From a virus (Duplodnaviria > Caudoviricetes), in IMG/VR virus record IMGVR_UViG_3300010206_000020, positions 1-51,331 of that record: a DNA stretch of 51,331 bases, one strand, 5' to 3'. The notes beneath the pieces were generated by a model that was not told the origin of the DNA, ran no database searches, and worked only from the letters and a program-made list of their open reading frames with translations. This document shows, one piece after another, positions 28,802 to 37,085 of this stretch (positions within the stretch are counted from its first letter, which is position 1; every line of letters starts with the position of its first letter). Made by a program: the position numbers and the translations under genes.

Positions 28802-29821
28802 ATGGCTCACAATATCGACATGACAAACGGCCGCGCCAATATCGCCTTTCTCGGCTCCCGGATGGATGTTTGGCACCGCCTCGGGCAGGAAATGCAGCCC
28901 GGCATGACGACTGCCGACTGGTCCCGCGCCGCTGGCTTGGACTGGACCGCCGTCAAGGTTCCCGCGCTCGCCGCGCTGGAAGGCGCGCAGTTCGATCATA
29001 TCGACGCTGGCCACCGCTTCCGCCCCGTCGAGCAACGCAACTTCCTCGTTCGCTCGGACAACGGTCAGCCGCTCGGCTATGTGTCGGACCGCTACCAGCC
29101 GGTGCAGCCCGCCGAAGTGCTGGAATGGTTCGACCGCTATATTTCGGTCGACGACCGTTTCGCGCTCGACGTCGCCGGGTCGCTCCGCAACGGTGAGATC
29201 ATTTGGGCGACCGCGACTTACCGCGACCCGCTCGACGTCGCGGGCGATAAGCACGTTGCCCGCATTCTCATGACGACCACCTACGACGGCACCGGCTCGA
29301 CCATCAACCAAGGCACCATGACGCGCGTGGTCTGCAACAACACGTTGAATGTTGCCCTGGCGGAGAAAAACGCCGTTGTTCGCACGCGCCATTCGACCAA
29401 ATTCGACGCGGGCCGGGTCGGCCGTGAGCTGGCGCAGATTGCGAACGGCTTCGCCGCTTACAAGGCGATGGGCGACGCTATGGCGCAAGTCGAAATGAGC
29501 CGTGAGCAGGTTTCCGACTTCTTCAAGCAGGTGCTCGATATCCCGTTCGACGCGCGGGAGGCCGACATTTCGACGCGCAAAGCGAACCAGTTCAAGGCGG
29601 TGGTTAGCGCCTATCGGACGTCTGTGCAGGAAGGCGCCCCGGCTAATTCGGCCTGGGCTGCGTTGAACGCAATTACGCGATACGTCGACCACGACCGCAC
29701 CGGCGGCACCGACGAGGCGAAGTTCAGTTCGTCGCAATTCGGGAGCGGCGCGCAAATGAAAGCGCTCGCCGTCGACCTTCTCATGCCGCGCGTGCGCGAC
29801 CTCGTTCCGATCGCAGCCTAA
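28802..29821 (+). CDS. DUF932-family phage/plasmid protein
   Basis: WHRLG, AGLDW, VSDRYQPVQ, AGSLRNG, RVVCNNT, RTRHS, SAWAALNAITRYVDH. Confidence 0.88.
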   Translation: MAHNIDMTNGRANIAFLGSRMDVWHRLGQEMQPGMTTADWSRAAGLDWTAVKVPALAALEGAQFDHIDAGHRFRPVEQRNFLVRSDNGQPLGYVSDRYQPVQPAEVLEWFDRYISVDDRFALDVAGSLRNGEIIWATATYRDPLDVAGDKHVARILMTTTYDGTGSTINQGTMTRVVCNNTLNVALAEKNAVVRTRHSTKFDAGRVGRELAQIANGFAAYKAMGDAMAQVEMSREQVSDFFKQVLDIPFDAREADISTRKANQFKAVVSAYRTSVQEGAPANSAWAALNAITRYVDHDRTGGTDEAKFSSSQFGSGAQMKALAVDLLMPRVRDLVPIAA

Positions 29822-29826
29822 TCACT

Positions 29827-29861
29827 TGGCGCCGCGCAGCAATGCGCGGCGCCATTGTATT
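29827..29861 (+). terminator. 12-bp hairpin with GCAA loop
   Basis: TGGCGCCGCGCA-GCAA-TGCGCGGCGCCA-TTGTATT. Confidence 0.6.
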
Positions 29862-29886
29862 AAATCACCCAATACACGAGGCACAC

Positions 29887-30105
29887 ATGCACACGCTTTC
29901 CCGCGACCCCTTCGCCAGAACTGAATTGCGCCGTGAGACGGTCCCCGCACCGGCCTATTGCTGTGATTGGTGCGGCAACTTCCGCGGCAAGACGGCAGCA
30001 ACTAACCGCCTGTTCCGTTACACCACCGAGACGGATGGCGGACGCAAGATGCAACACCGCGGCCTGTTCTGCAGCGCGGATTGCTTCCGCAGCTACAGCG
30101 CTTAG
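29887..30105 (+). CDS. Small Zn-finger-like protein
   Basis: CDWCG ... FCSADC; GAGG RBS. Confidence 0.65.
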   Translation: MHTLSRDPFARTELRRETVPAPAYCCDWCGNFRGKTAATNRLFRYTTETDGGRKMQHRGLFCSADCFRSYSA

Positions 30106-30115
30106 GTGCGGCGCC

Positions 30116-30367
30116 ATGACGCTCAAAATCCGCAGTGACTTCCTGTCGTCGCCCACCGGGCCCGCTATCGAACGGTTGTGCGCATACCAAAAATTCGACC
30201 GTTCTAACCCTGTCGCCCACGCGCTTCAAACGCCTCGCGGTTTCTGGATCATCTGCCGAAGCGGCCAACGAGGCGAAGTAGCAACTACGCGCGACGAAGC
30301 AATAGCCATGCTGTCACGCGCTGACACCGATCCTGCTTGGACCCCGGAGGCTATTCGCCATGCCTGA
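30116..30367 (+). CDS. Hypothetical protein
   Basis: ATG after AGGTG, in the early operon. Confidence 0.55.
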   Translation: MTLKIRSDFLSSPTGPAIERLCAYQKFDRSNPVAHALQTPRGFWIICRSGQRGEVATTRDEAIAMLSRADTDPAWTPEAIRHA

Positions 30368-30425
30368 CCGCTACACGTTGTTAGTTGCCTTTGTCGGCGT
30401 GTTCGCCCTCGCCTGCCTAGTCTAA
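30360..30425 (+). CDS. 21-aa hydrophobic micropeptide
   Basis: MPDRYTLLVAFVGVFALACLV with GGAGG at 30346-30350. Confidence 0.5.
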   Translation: MPDRYTLLVAFVGVFALACLV

Positions 30426-30443
30426 TCAGTAGGAGCGAACGCC

Positions 30444-30659
30444 ATGAAACACCCTACAGAGGCTCAAATCGACGTCGCCGTTCTCTGGCTACAGAGCAAC
30501 GAAGGTGAGGAATACAAAGATTGCGAGGCCGTCGCGGCCTGGCTGGACCACTTAGTAGCAGAACGACTTTTACGCGGCTACGCGCGAAGACACGGCATCA
30601 CGATGGCGACAGCGCGCAAGCAACTCGCCGACAGCATCAACGGGAACAAATCACCATGA
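30444..30659 (+). CDS. Hypothetical protein
   Basis: AGGAG RBS; ATGA-coupled to the next gene. Confidence 0.65.
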   Translation: MKHPTEAQIDVAVLWLQSNEGEEYKDCEAVAAWLDHLVAERLLRGYARRHGITMATARKQLADSINGNKSP

Positions 30660-30952
30660 CCGCACCGACCTTGCCCGAGACAGGATGGATGGGCGATCCG
30701 AGAAGAGGCGCCGCGCTTGGCCGCAGCGACCGCGGCGAAGCGCGGGCCGATCTGATCCGCTTCTTTCTGTGCCGCGTGTATTTGAACCGCGGCGGTTACG
30801 ACAGCGCCGGCGCCTATTGGGGTGTTGGATCGCCGCTCTATTGGGCCTGCAGCGAAGACGGCACGCACGACCGATATTTTCGCGCCGCCGATCGCGTAGC
30901 GGCCAAAGCGCATATTCGCAACGAATTTCCGAACGCGAGGTTTTTCCGATGA
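30656..30952 (+). CDS. Hypothetical phage protein
   Basis: RVYLNRGGYDSAGAYWG.G.PLYW; ATGA overlaps at both ends. Confidence 0.7.
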   Translation: MTAPTLPETGWMGDPRRGAALGRSDRGEARADLIRFFLCRVYLNRGGYDSAGAYWGVGSPLYWACSEDGTHDRYFRAADRVAAKAHIRNEFPNARFFR

Positions 30953-31164
30953 CCAACGACGCCCAGCAACCCGACAGATTAGAACCCCCGCAATCCTGGC
31001 TGCGGGAGCTATTCGAGTACGAATGGTGCGCTGATTGCGGCCGCGACCACCGACACCATGCGGCTATCCCCGTTTTGGATAACTGGTTCGCTCAGTGCGA
31101 ACGGGAGCCCATTTTCGATAGCCGCGGCGGTTTGGTGTGCAACCCCGAAGGCTACGCGTCATGA
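30949..31164 (+). CDS. Small Cys/His protein
   Basis: CADCGRDHRHH...WFAQC; ATGA overlaps. Confidence 0.6.
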   Translation: MTNDAQQPDRLEPPQSWLRELFEYEWCADCGRDHRHHAAIPVLDNWFAQCEREPIFDSRGGLVCNPEGYAS

Positions 31165-31406
31165 CCGGCACCCGTGAACCGTCGATCGGCGCGTTTCATG
31201 ACGCGCCAGTTTATTTCCGCTACGGCTCAAACAAGCGGCGCGTGCTAATCGACGCGCTGACCGCTAGCGCCGTGCTCGCGTGCTACAACGCCGCAAGCCC
31301 CGGCAACCGCGCCAAGCTCGCCCGCATGGTTTCGGGGAGCCCGGAACAGCTCGACCGTGTGATTTCGTTCTGCTGGAAACACGTTCGGATCGGGGCGCCG
31401 CAATGA
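31161..31406 (+). CDS. Hypothetical protein
   Basis: ATGA-coupled; VLIDALTASAVLACYNA. Confidence 0.6.
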   Translation: MTGTREPSIGAFHDAPVYFRYGSNKRRVLIDALTASAVLACYNAASPGNRAKLARMVSGSPEQLDRVISFCWKHVRIGAPQ

Positions 31407-31645
31407 CCGCGTCGCAGATCACACCCGAGACGCTGCGCGCATTCTACCGCGGCGCGCTGTCCGTCGGCTTCCACAGCGCAGCGCTTGGCGCCGTGCTGGC
31501 GATCGTCGAAGACATGCCAGGTTACCCGCTGCGCGTTCTGCGGTTCTACCCGCAGGAAGGCCGCGCAAAGGCACTGCGCTCCTACCCGATGCCCGAACGC
31601 GATACCGAATTGCACCTTCGGCTTCTACTGGACTGCCCGACATGA
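31403..31645 (+). CDS. Hypothetical protein
   Basis: ATGA-coupled. Confidence 0.55.
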   Translation: MTASQITPETLRAFYRGALSVGFHSAALGAVLAIVEDMPGYPLRVLRFYPQEGRAKALRSYPMPERDTELHLRLLLDCPT

Positions 31646-31779
31646 TCGCCTGGCTTGTGCTGCTCGGCCTGGCGCTGGTGATGCTGACAGCGCCTGCCCG
31701 GATCTTCGGTTGGTTCTGCGGCGCGGTAGCTCGGGCTCTGATCAGAGACAACCGCCCGCCCCTGCCGCCACCGAGATAG
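31642..31779 (+). CDS. Small membrane protein, 45 aa
   Basis: MIAWLVLLGLALVMLTAPARIFGWFCG...; ATGA overlap. Confidence 0.55.
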   Translation: MIAWLVLLGLALVMLTAPARIFGWFCGAVARALIRDNRPPLPPPR

Positions 31780-31857
31780 ACGGCATACATTCCGCCGCGT
31801 ATGCTATGGGCCGCTCCCGTGACCAGGGAGCGGCCCATAGCATGTCCGGACGCCCCG

Positions 31858-32163
31858 ATGCACGTCGCACCCCGATTTATCGCACCAGCGATCGCCCTAG
31901 CCGCGGCGCTGGCCGCTCCTGGCGCCGCCCGAACCGCCGAAGACGTCGACGCGAAGCTAAACCGGCTTGTCGGGCGGACGATGGAACGCTTCATCCGAGA
32001 CAGCGGCGTGTTGCCGTCCGACGCCTTGCCCGTCCGCGGCGGCAAGGTGTTCATCGTGGTCAACGGCGCTTGCCAACTCTGGCTCGACGCGGCGCCAACC
32101 GGGCCCGGCTCGACGTCGAGCGATTGGACGATCACAGCGGTTCGATACTCCGGGCCTTGCTGA
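31858..32163 (+). CDS. Secreted/periplasmic protein
   Basis: Signal-peptide-like IAPAIALAAALAAPGAA; two Cys, one of them terminal. Confidence 0.55.
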   Translation: MHVAPRFIAPAIALAAALAAPGAARTAEDVDAKLNRLVGRTMERFIRDSGVLPSDALPVRGGKVFIVVNGACQLWLDAAPTGPGSTSSDWTITAVRYSGPC

Positions 32164-32332
32164 CAGCCCGCGCCGCGATCGGTTCCGGTTCCCGCCCGCG
32201 GCGCTCGACCCGCCGCGCCTGCCGTGCGCGCCTTCGCGTCGGCCGCTTCCGCTGGATTTTTCAAAAGGCGTGGCGAACTTTTATAAATCGGCCTTTCGGA
32301 TTTGTATGTCATCGTCGCCCCTGGGCCCCCGT

Positions 32333-32610
32333 GGGGAGGTGCGCCGTAGGCACCTCCCCCTTTAGGGGGAGGGTCTTACTCGATGCACACGAGAGCAAGT
32401 TGGAGCACTGAAATTGTTGATGAATTTCGCCACTCGATGCACACGAGAGCAAACTAACTAACAGCAGAGCAGCAACACGAGAGCAGCACACGAGAGCAGC
32501 GCTAAGCGCTTGACGCTCTTGCGCTTTTTCGGCACCCGATGCACACGAGAGCAGGCATACGTTTTTCACTCGATGCACACGAGAGCAGGCATACAAAAGC
32601 ACGAGAGCAG
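32333..32610. repeat. Putative phage replication origin: hairpins plus 7 iteron-like repeats
   Basis: Core CACGAGAGCA x7, four copies extended to CGATGCACACGAGAGCA; immediately after the primase-helicase stop. Confidence 0.75.
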
Positions 32611-32622
32611 AGGCCCGGAGCA

Positions 32623-34887
32623 TCACGCGAACACCCCTTCGTCCGTCTGCATTACGTATGATAGCAATGGCATACGATTAGCCTTTTTGCCGACGGTGGC
32701 CACCCTCACCCGCCCCGCCTTGACGAGACGAGACCACCCCGCCTCGACGTCGTCGATCGGGTACAGCCCCAAGACGTCAGAGCGCTTCCGCAGGACCCGC
32801 GGGGCGAAGCTCCGGGAGTTGGGCGCCGACGACAGCGCCACCGGCTCCGCCTCGCTCCCAGCCTCGACCACGGCCGCCAGCAGAGCGTCGTCGATCACGT
32901 CCGCCATGTCGCGCGGTCCAGCACCACCACCAGCGCCAGCAAAACCAGCCCCACCCTTGGCCGAAGCCTGGCTTTGAGCACCACCCTCCGCGTCGTCCTC
33001 GATCACGTCGAAATCGTCGGTGCCGAGCGTCTTGCCGGACACCATTTCAAACGCGCCGGCGTGCCACCGCAGCATGAACGCGTCGCCCGCGGCGCCGTAG
33101 TTCGCTTTGCGGTTTTCGAGCCTGCGGAACGGCCCTGTGCCGTCCTTGGTGGCGTGCTGCAGGTACAGCCGCGAACGGACCGACGCGTGCCAGGCCGTGG
33201 ACCCGGACGTGCCGTCGCCGCCGACCGCCTGGCCCGCTTTCGACGGGTGGCCGAGCGCGAGCACGGCGCCGCCGATGTCCTGCGCCAGCTTGCCGAGACA
33301 GGCCTGCACGAACTGCCGGACTTGCGAGCGGTCGATTTCACTGCCGGCGAACGTGTCGGCGATCGTGTCGACCACGACGACGGTTGCGCCCCACGCTGCG
33401 GCGTCGTCGCGAAGCTGCTGCCAAAGCGCCGAGCGTTTCATGACGCCGGTGGCGCGATCCCACGAGCACAACAGGTTGTCCATGTATTTGCGCGAAGCGA
33501 TGCGCAGGACGTCGTTGACGTCGGCCATCGTCACGCCGAGCGCCTTGTTGATATCCCGCTGGCGCAGGTTCAGCTCGTCCTCGCTGTCCTCACACAGGAA
33601 CATCATGACCCGGGACTGCGTCGTCCGGCGGCCGAGGAACGGTCTGCCGAGCGCAACGCACGTCATGGCCTGTTGCGCGAGCAGCGTCTTGCCGACGCCG
33701 CCCTGGCCGGTCAACAGCGTCACCTCGCCATCGGGGACCATGTTGGCGATCTTCCATCGCCGGACGGGCGGCGTTGTGCCTTCCCACTCGTTCGGCTGAA
33801 CCCATTTGATCGTGACGGGCTCGGGCGCCGGCGGCGCGTCCTTCGGGAACAGTCCTTCCGGCTCGTCGGGCAGCACGTCGAAGAACGCGTCGGCGCGCTT
33901 GAACTTCCCACCGCTCGTCTCCTCGGCCAGCTCGTACAGCCAGGACGCGCCGCGCCTGAACGGCGGCTTCATGCGGCGCCAGTCGGCCGCCACGATGTCG
34001 GGGTCGTTCTCGCCGTCCTGCCACCGCTCGCACCAGCTGGCGAAGATGTCGAACGCCTCGGGCTCGTTGTCGGGGAGCGCGGCCTTGATCGCGTAGCCGA
34101 AATCGCGGTAGGCCTCGCGCGAACCGAACGCCGCCGAGCTGTTAGGCGTGGCGGCTACCGCGGCCCGGACCTTTTCGAGGTCGCCGCGCAGTGACGCCTG
34201 CGCGATGTCCGTTGTTGCGCCTTCGGTGACGATCGGCGCGGTGTTCGGCAGGATCTGGCGCAGCTCGGCCATGAACGCCGCCAGCTGCTGCGGCGTGACG
34301 ATCGGAAGCTGGTCGACGTGGCAGAGCGGCGTCGTCCAAACGTAGGGCTGCAGCGTGACCGGGTGAACGCCGCGCGCGACGAATTGGCGGCCGGTCGACA
34401 GGCACTCGACGCGGTCGACGCGGCGGCCTTCGTCGTTGACCGGGCCGAACTCGACGCGGCAATACAGCACTGGCTCTGTGACGCGTATCAGATAGAGCGC
34501 CTTCGGCGCGCGGCCGATCCGGACCGGCGTGGCGCCGAAATGCGTCATGCTGGCGATCATGATCTTGCCGGCGCAGGCCTGGTCGAGCGTGTCGGCGTCG
34601 ACCGCCACGATGTCGAGCGGGCCGCCGGTCATGATGCCGACGCCGGCGCCCATGTTTTGCCAGCGGCCGAGATCGCGCGCGTCGGGCTCGGGCTGGCTGA
34701 GCCAGTCGTAGCCGTACCAGCCGTTCGCACCGCGGACGCCGACTGCTTTGCCGCGGCTGTCCTGTTTGGTGCCGACACGCTTAAATAGCGAGGACCCTTC
34801 GGAGATCGCCGCATCGGGCGGGATGATCGGAACGAGGCGCGTGTAGCCGAGCGCGGCGAAATCGGCGAAGGTCTGCGGCTGTGTCAC
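32623..34887 (-). CDS. Primase-polymerase / PriCT-2 / RepA-type AAA helicase
   Basis: VAVDAD and QFVARGVHP (Prim-Pol); Walker A GQGGVGKT, VVVDT, GHPSK, SGSTAW; ends GVFA. Confidence 0.9.
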   Translation of the reverse strand: MTQPQTFADFAALGYTRLVPIIPPDAAISEGSSLFKRVGTKQDSRGKAVGVRGANGWYGYDWLSQPEPDARDLGRWQNMGAGVGIMTGGPLDIVAVDADTLDQACAGKIMIASMTHFGATPVRIGRAPKALYLIRVTEPVLYCRVEFGPVNDEGRRVDRVECLSTGRQFVARGVHPVTLQPYVWTTPLCHVDQLPIVTPQQLAAFMAELRQILPNTAPIVTEGATTDIAQASLRGDLEKVRAAVAATPNSSAAFGSREAYRDFGYAIKAALPDNEPEAFDIFASWCERWQDGENDPDIVAADWRRMKPPFRRGASWLYELAEETSGGKFKRADAFFDVLPDEPEGLFPKDAPPAPEPVTIKWVQPNEWEGTTPPVRRWKIANMVPDGEVTLLTGQGGVGKTLLAQQAMTCVALGRPFLGRRTTQSRVMMFLCEDSEDELNLRQRDINKALGVTMADVNDVLRIASRKYMDNLLCSWDRATGVMKRSALWQQLRDDAAAWGATVVVVDTIADTFAGSEIDRSQVRQFVQACLGKLAQDIGGAVLALGHPSKAGQAVGGDGTSGSTAWHASVRSRLYLQHATKDGTGPFRRLENRKANYGAAGDAFMLRWHAGAFEMVSGKTLGTDDFDVIEDDAEGGAQSQASAKGGAGFAGAGGGAGPRDMADVIDDALLAAVVEAGSEAEPVALSSAPNSRSFAPRVLRKRSDVLGLYPIDDVEAGWSRLVKAGRVRVATVGKKANRMPLLSYVMQTDEGVFA

Positions 34888-35069
34888 TGTCTATCGCGCT
34901 TCTGCAGCTCTGCGAACATCGCGTCGCACTTCTCTTTGCCGTGTTCTTCGACGAACTTCTTAACGGCCATGCGGGCAGCAATGCGTGTCATTTGGTTTTG
35001 CGACGATTGAAGCGCGGTCAGCTCGTCGAATACCAGCAGCTCGTCCGGTGTGTAAATCGGCTGGCTCAT
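34884..35069 (-). CDS. Hypothetical protein, paralogue of 35726-35944
   Basis: FVEEHGKEKCDAM; coupled at both ends. Confidence 0.65.
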   Translation of the reverse strand: MSQPIYTPDELLVFDELTALQSSQNQMTRIAARMAVKKFVEEHGKEKCDAMFAELQKRDRQ

Positions 35070-35329
35070 TTGCTCCCCCTCGACGGGTCCGCCTTCGCGT
35101 TGCGCCAAGCGAAGTCGAAATTCTCCATCGCAGCAGCCGGCGTTGGGCCGAACCCGGCGACACCTTCCTGCAGGCTCTCGCCGTACAGCGCGCACCACAT
35201 ATCGCCGTCGGAGAACAGCGCTGGGCGCATCAGAACGTGCGGCGCCTGGCGCGCAGCCTCGGCGGCGCAGGCCTCAGACGCGGCGCTCCATTGCATGTTC
35301 AGAACGCCTTGCTCGGTCGCATAGCTCAT
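35066..35329 (-). CDS. Hypothetical protein, HicB-like beta-beta-alpha pattern
   Basis: DGDMWCALYGESLQEGVAGFGPTPAAAMENF. Confidence 0.6.
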   Translation of the reverse strand: MSYATEQGVLNMQWSAASEACAAEAARQAPHVLMRPALFSDGDMWCALYGESLQEGVAGFGPTPAAAMENFDFAWRNAKADPSRGSK

Positions 35330-35515
35330 GTTGTCCCCCTCGCCTCAACGGCTTTCGCGTGGTTGAGTGCTTCGCGTCCGGCATCCGTCAGCGCCCAGCG
35401 GTCCGGTGCGCTCGATCAGGCCCTGCGCCTCAAGCCGTCTAGTCGTGCCGGGGAATTTGCGGATCACGTAGTTGTTCTCGATATGCCCGAGAACGCGGCG
35501 GTCAATATCACGCAC
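35326..35515 (-). pseudogene. Frameshifted small winged-helix gene
   Basis: ..RRLEAQGLIERTG in one frame continues as RWALTDAGREAL.. in another near 35401; the second frame ends in an ATGA overlap at 35326. Confidence 0.55.
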
Positions 35516-35723
35516 GGGGCGCCGCCTCCGGGGCGTGCGTGTCGTCCAGCTCGGCAATGCAGCTTTCAATCTCGGGGTCTCCGACTTCGCGCGCGCACTG
35601 GTGGCACACCGAAACCCCGCCGTTCTCCGCCATCGCCAGTTCCTCGGCGGCCTCGGCGTTGTCAGCTTCGAACGCGCCGAGGTATTTCGTCGCGACCACT
35701 TTTCCATAAACGTGGTACTTCAT
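35508..35723 (-). CDS. Hypothetical CxxC protein
   Basis: AGGAG RBS; VCHQC. Confidence 0.6.
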   Translation of the reverse strand: MKYHVYGKVVATKYLGAFEADNAEAAEELAMAENGGVSVCHQCAREVGDPEIESCIAELDDTHAPEAAPRA

Positions 35724-35725
35724 GC

Positions 35726-35944
35726 TTAGTGCTCCTGCGGTTGTTCGTGCTTCTTCGACAGCACCGCGGTCATGAGATCGCATTTGCCGCTGCCGTGCTC
35801 GTTCAGAAAATCGGCGAGATCCGCGCGGGCGCGCAGCCGCGCGGCGTGATCGTCGAGGTTCGAGGTGAAGATCAGAGCCTCGAACTCGTCAAGCTCGGCC
35901 TTGGTAAACGGCTCGGCGTGAATGATCGTCGGCTTGCCGGTCAT
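35726..35944 (-). CDS. Hypothetical protein, paralogue of 34884-35069
   Basis: FLNEHGSGKCDLM. Confidence 0.6.
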   Translation of the reverse strand: MTGKPTIIHAEPFTKAELDEFEALIFTSNLDDHAARLRARADLADFLNEHGSGKCDLMTAVLSKKHEQPQEH

Positions 35945-36798
35945 CAGCGCGTCGCCGCGTCGAGCAGCGCGTACAGGCGCTCCGTCTGCTCGTGGGAGAT
36001 CCGCAACGCCTTCTCGAACATTTCGGCGCGCTGTCGATAGTAGCAGGCGTCATGTGCGAAGCGCTGACCCGGCGCCGTCGCCGGTTCCGAGTTAAACTTC
36101 GTTGTGGCGCGCTGCTCGACTTCTCCAAGGGACGCTTTCGCCTTTAACAGATCGCGCAGTTTCTTTACGGCCGCAGTCTGCGAGGTGACGCCGAGCAGCG
36201 TCCACAAACGGTTCAGCGCGACCGTCTTGACCGCCAGCGCGTTAGCCACCATGCGAAGGTCCGACACGGTCAATCCGGCGACACGGTATTGCCATCCGAA
36301 ATCGTGCTTGATCGGGTAGTAGAGATCGACCGGGCGCGGCAGCGTCTCGGCAGTTTCGAGCGCGGTGGCAACCTCGTTGAACTTTGCCGCCAGATCCGCG
36401 AGAGCCGGCACTTTCGGTGCGGGCGGTGGTTCAGCCGGCGACGCCAGATAGGTGTCGCGCAGAGTCTCGGCCTCGCCGGGGTGCTCAGCCGCGCCCGATG
36501 AACGCATGTCGCCGATCTTGGCCGCGCCGAGCACGCGCAGCTTTGCCACAATCGCTCGGATGCGCTCGCCGCGCGCAGCGCGCGTGCCGACGGTATCGGC
36601 CCAGGGTGGCGTGACCGCGTCGGCGGCTTTCAGCTCGGCCAGCTCGGCCTCAAGCGCCGCGCGCTCGGTCAGCCCCTGGCTCGTGCCGGTCCCGTGGCAG
36701 TCCGGGCAAGCATCATCCGAATAGCCGGGGAACCCCGTACCGCGGCACGTCCTGCATTCCGTATTCTGTTGCGTTCCTTCATTCAATACGCTATCCAT
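35944..36798 (-). CDS. Hypothetical protein with DnaJ-type CxxCxGxG Zn repeats
   Basis: CRTCRGTG and CPDCHGTG; GAGGA RBS. Confidence 0.65.
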   Translation of the reverse strand: MDSVLNEGTQQNTECRTCRGTGFPGYSDDACPDCHGTGTSQGLTERAALEAELAELKAADAVTPPWADTVGTRAARGERIRAIVAKLRVLGAAKIGDMRSSGAAEHPGEAETLRDTYLASPAEPPPAPKVPALADLAAKFNEVATALETAETLPRPVDLYYPIKHDFGWQYRVAGLTVSDLRMVANALAVKTVALNRLWTLLGVTSQTAAVKKLRDLLKAKASLGEVEQRATTKFNSEPATAPGQRFAHDACYYRQRAEMFEKALRISHEQTERLYALLDAATR

Positions 36799-36932
36799 AG
36801 CGCTGTCCTCTCTTGACGGTGGGGATTGCGGTGGTGTGGGGAACGGCGGGCCGAGCGATCGGGCCGCCGTTTTCCGTTTCAGGCGACGAACCTAGTCCTC
36901 CGCACGTCGTCGTATCAAGCTGAAAGATACAC

Positions 36933-37085
36933 TCAGCCCGAGAATGCGAGCAGCACCAGGCCGGCGACGCCGACCGCGGCGTACGCGAAAGCGGCCGGCT
37001 TGTGAATGTTCAGCACGAACAGCAGGACCGCGATCGACGCCCCGCCGCTGAGCGCCGCGATGTAGAGGTTGTGCAGTGTGGTCAT
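36933..37085 (-). CDS. Small two-TM membrane protein
   Basis: MTTLHNLYIAALSGGASIAVLLFVL..AAFAYAAVGVAGLVLLAFSG; ATGA overlap. Confidence 0.6.
   Translation of the reverse strand: MTTLHNLYIAALSGGASIAVLLFVLNIHKPAAFAYAAVGVAGLVLLAFSG

Noticed and set aside
32378-32610. Repeat array as a CRISPR array
   Set aside because: Repeats are 10-27 bp with very irregular spacing, some adjacent. There is no cas operon, and DUF2800 is a common phage replication-module nuclease.
32309-32626. 105-aa minus-strand ORF with LLSCAS repeats
   Set aside because: It is a translation of the iteron repeats with no sign of being a real gene.
36842-36875. Hairpin as terminator of the leftward operon
   Set aside because: The T-run is on the plus strand only, so it does not fit termination of the minus-strand genes; its role is unclear.
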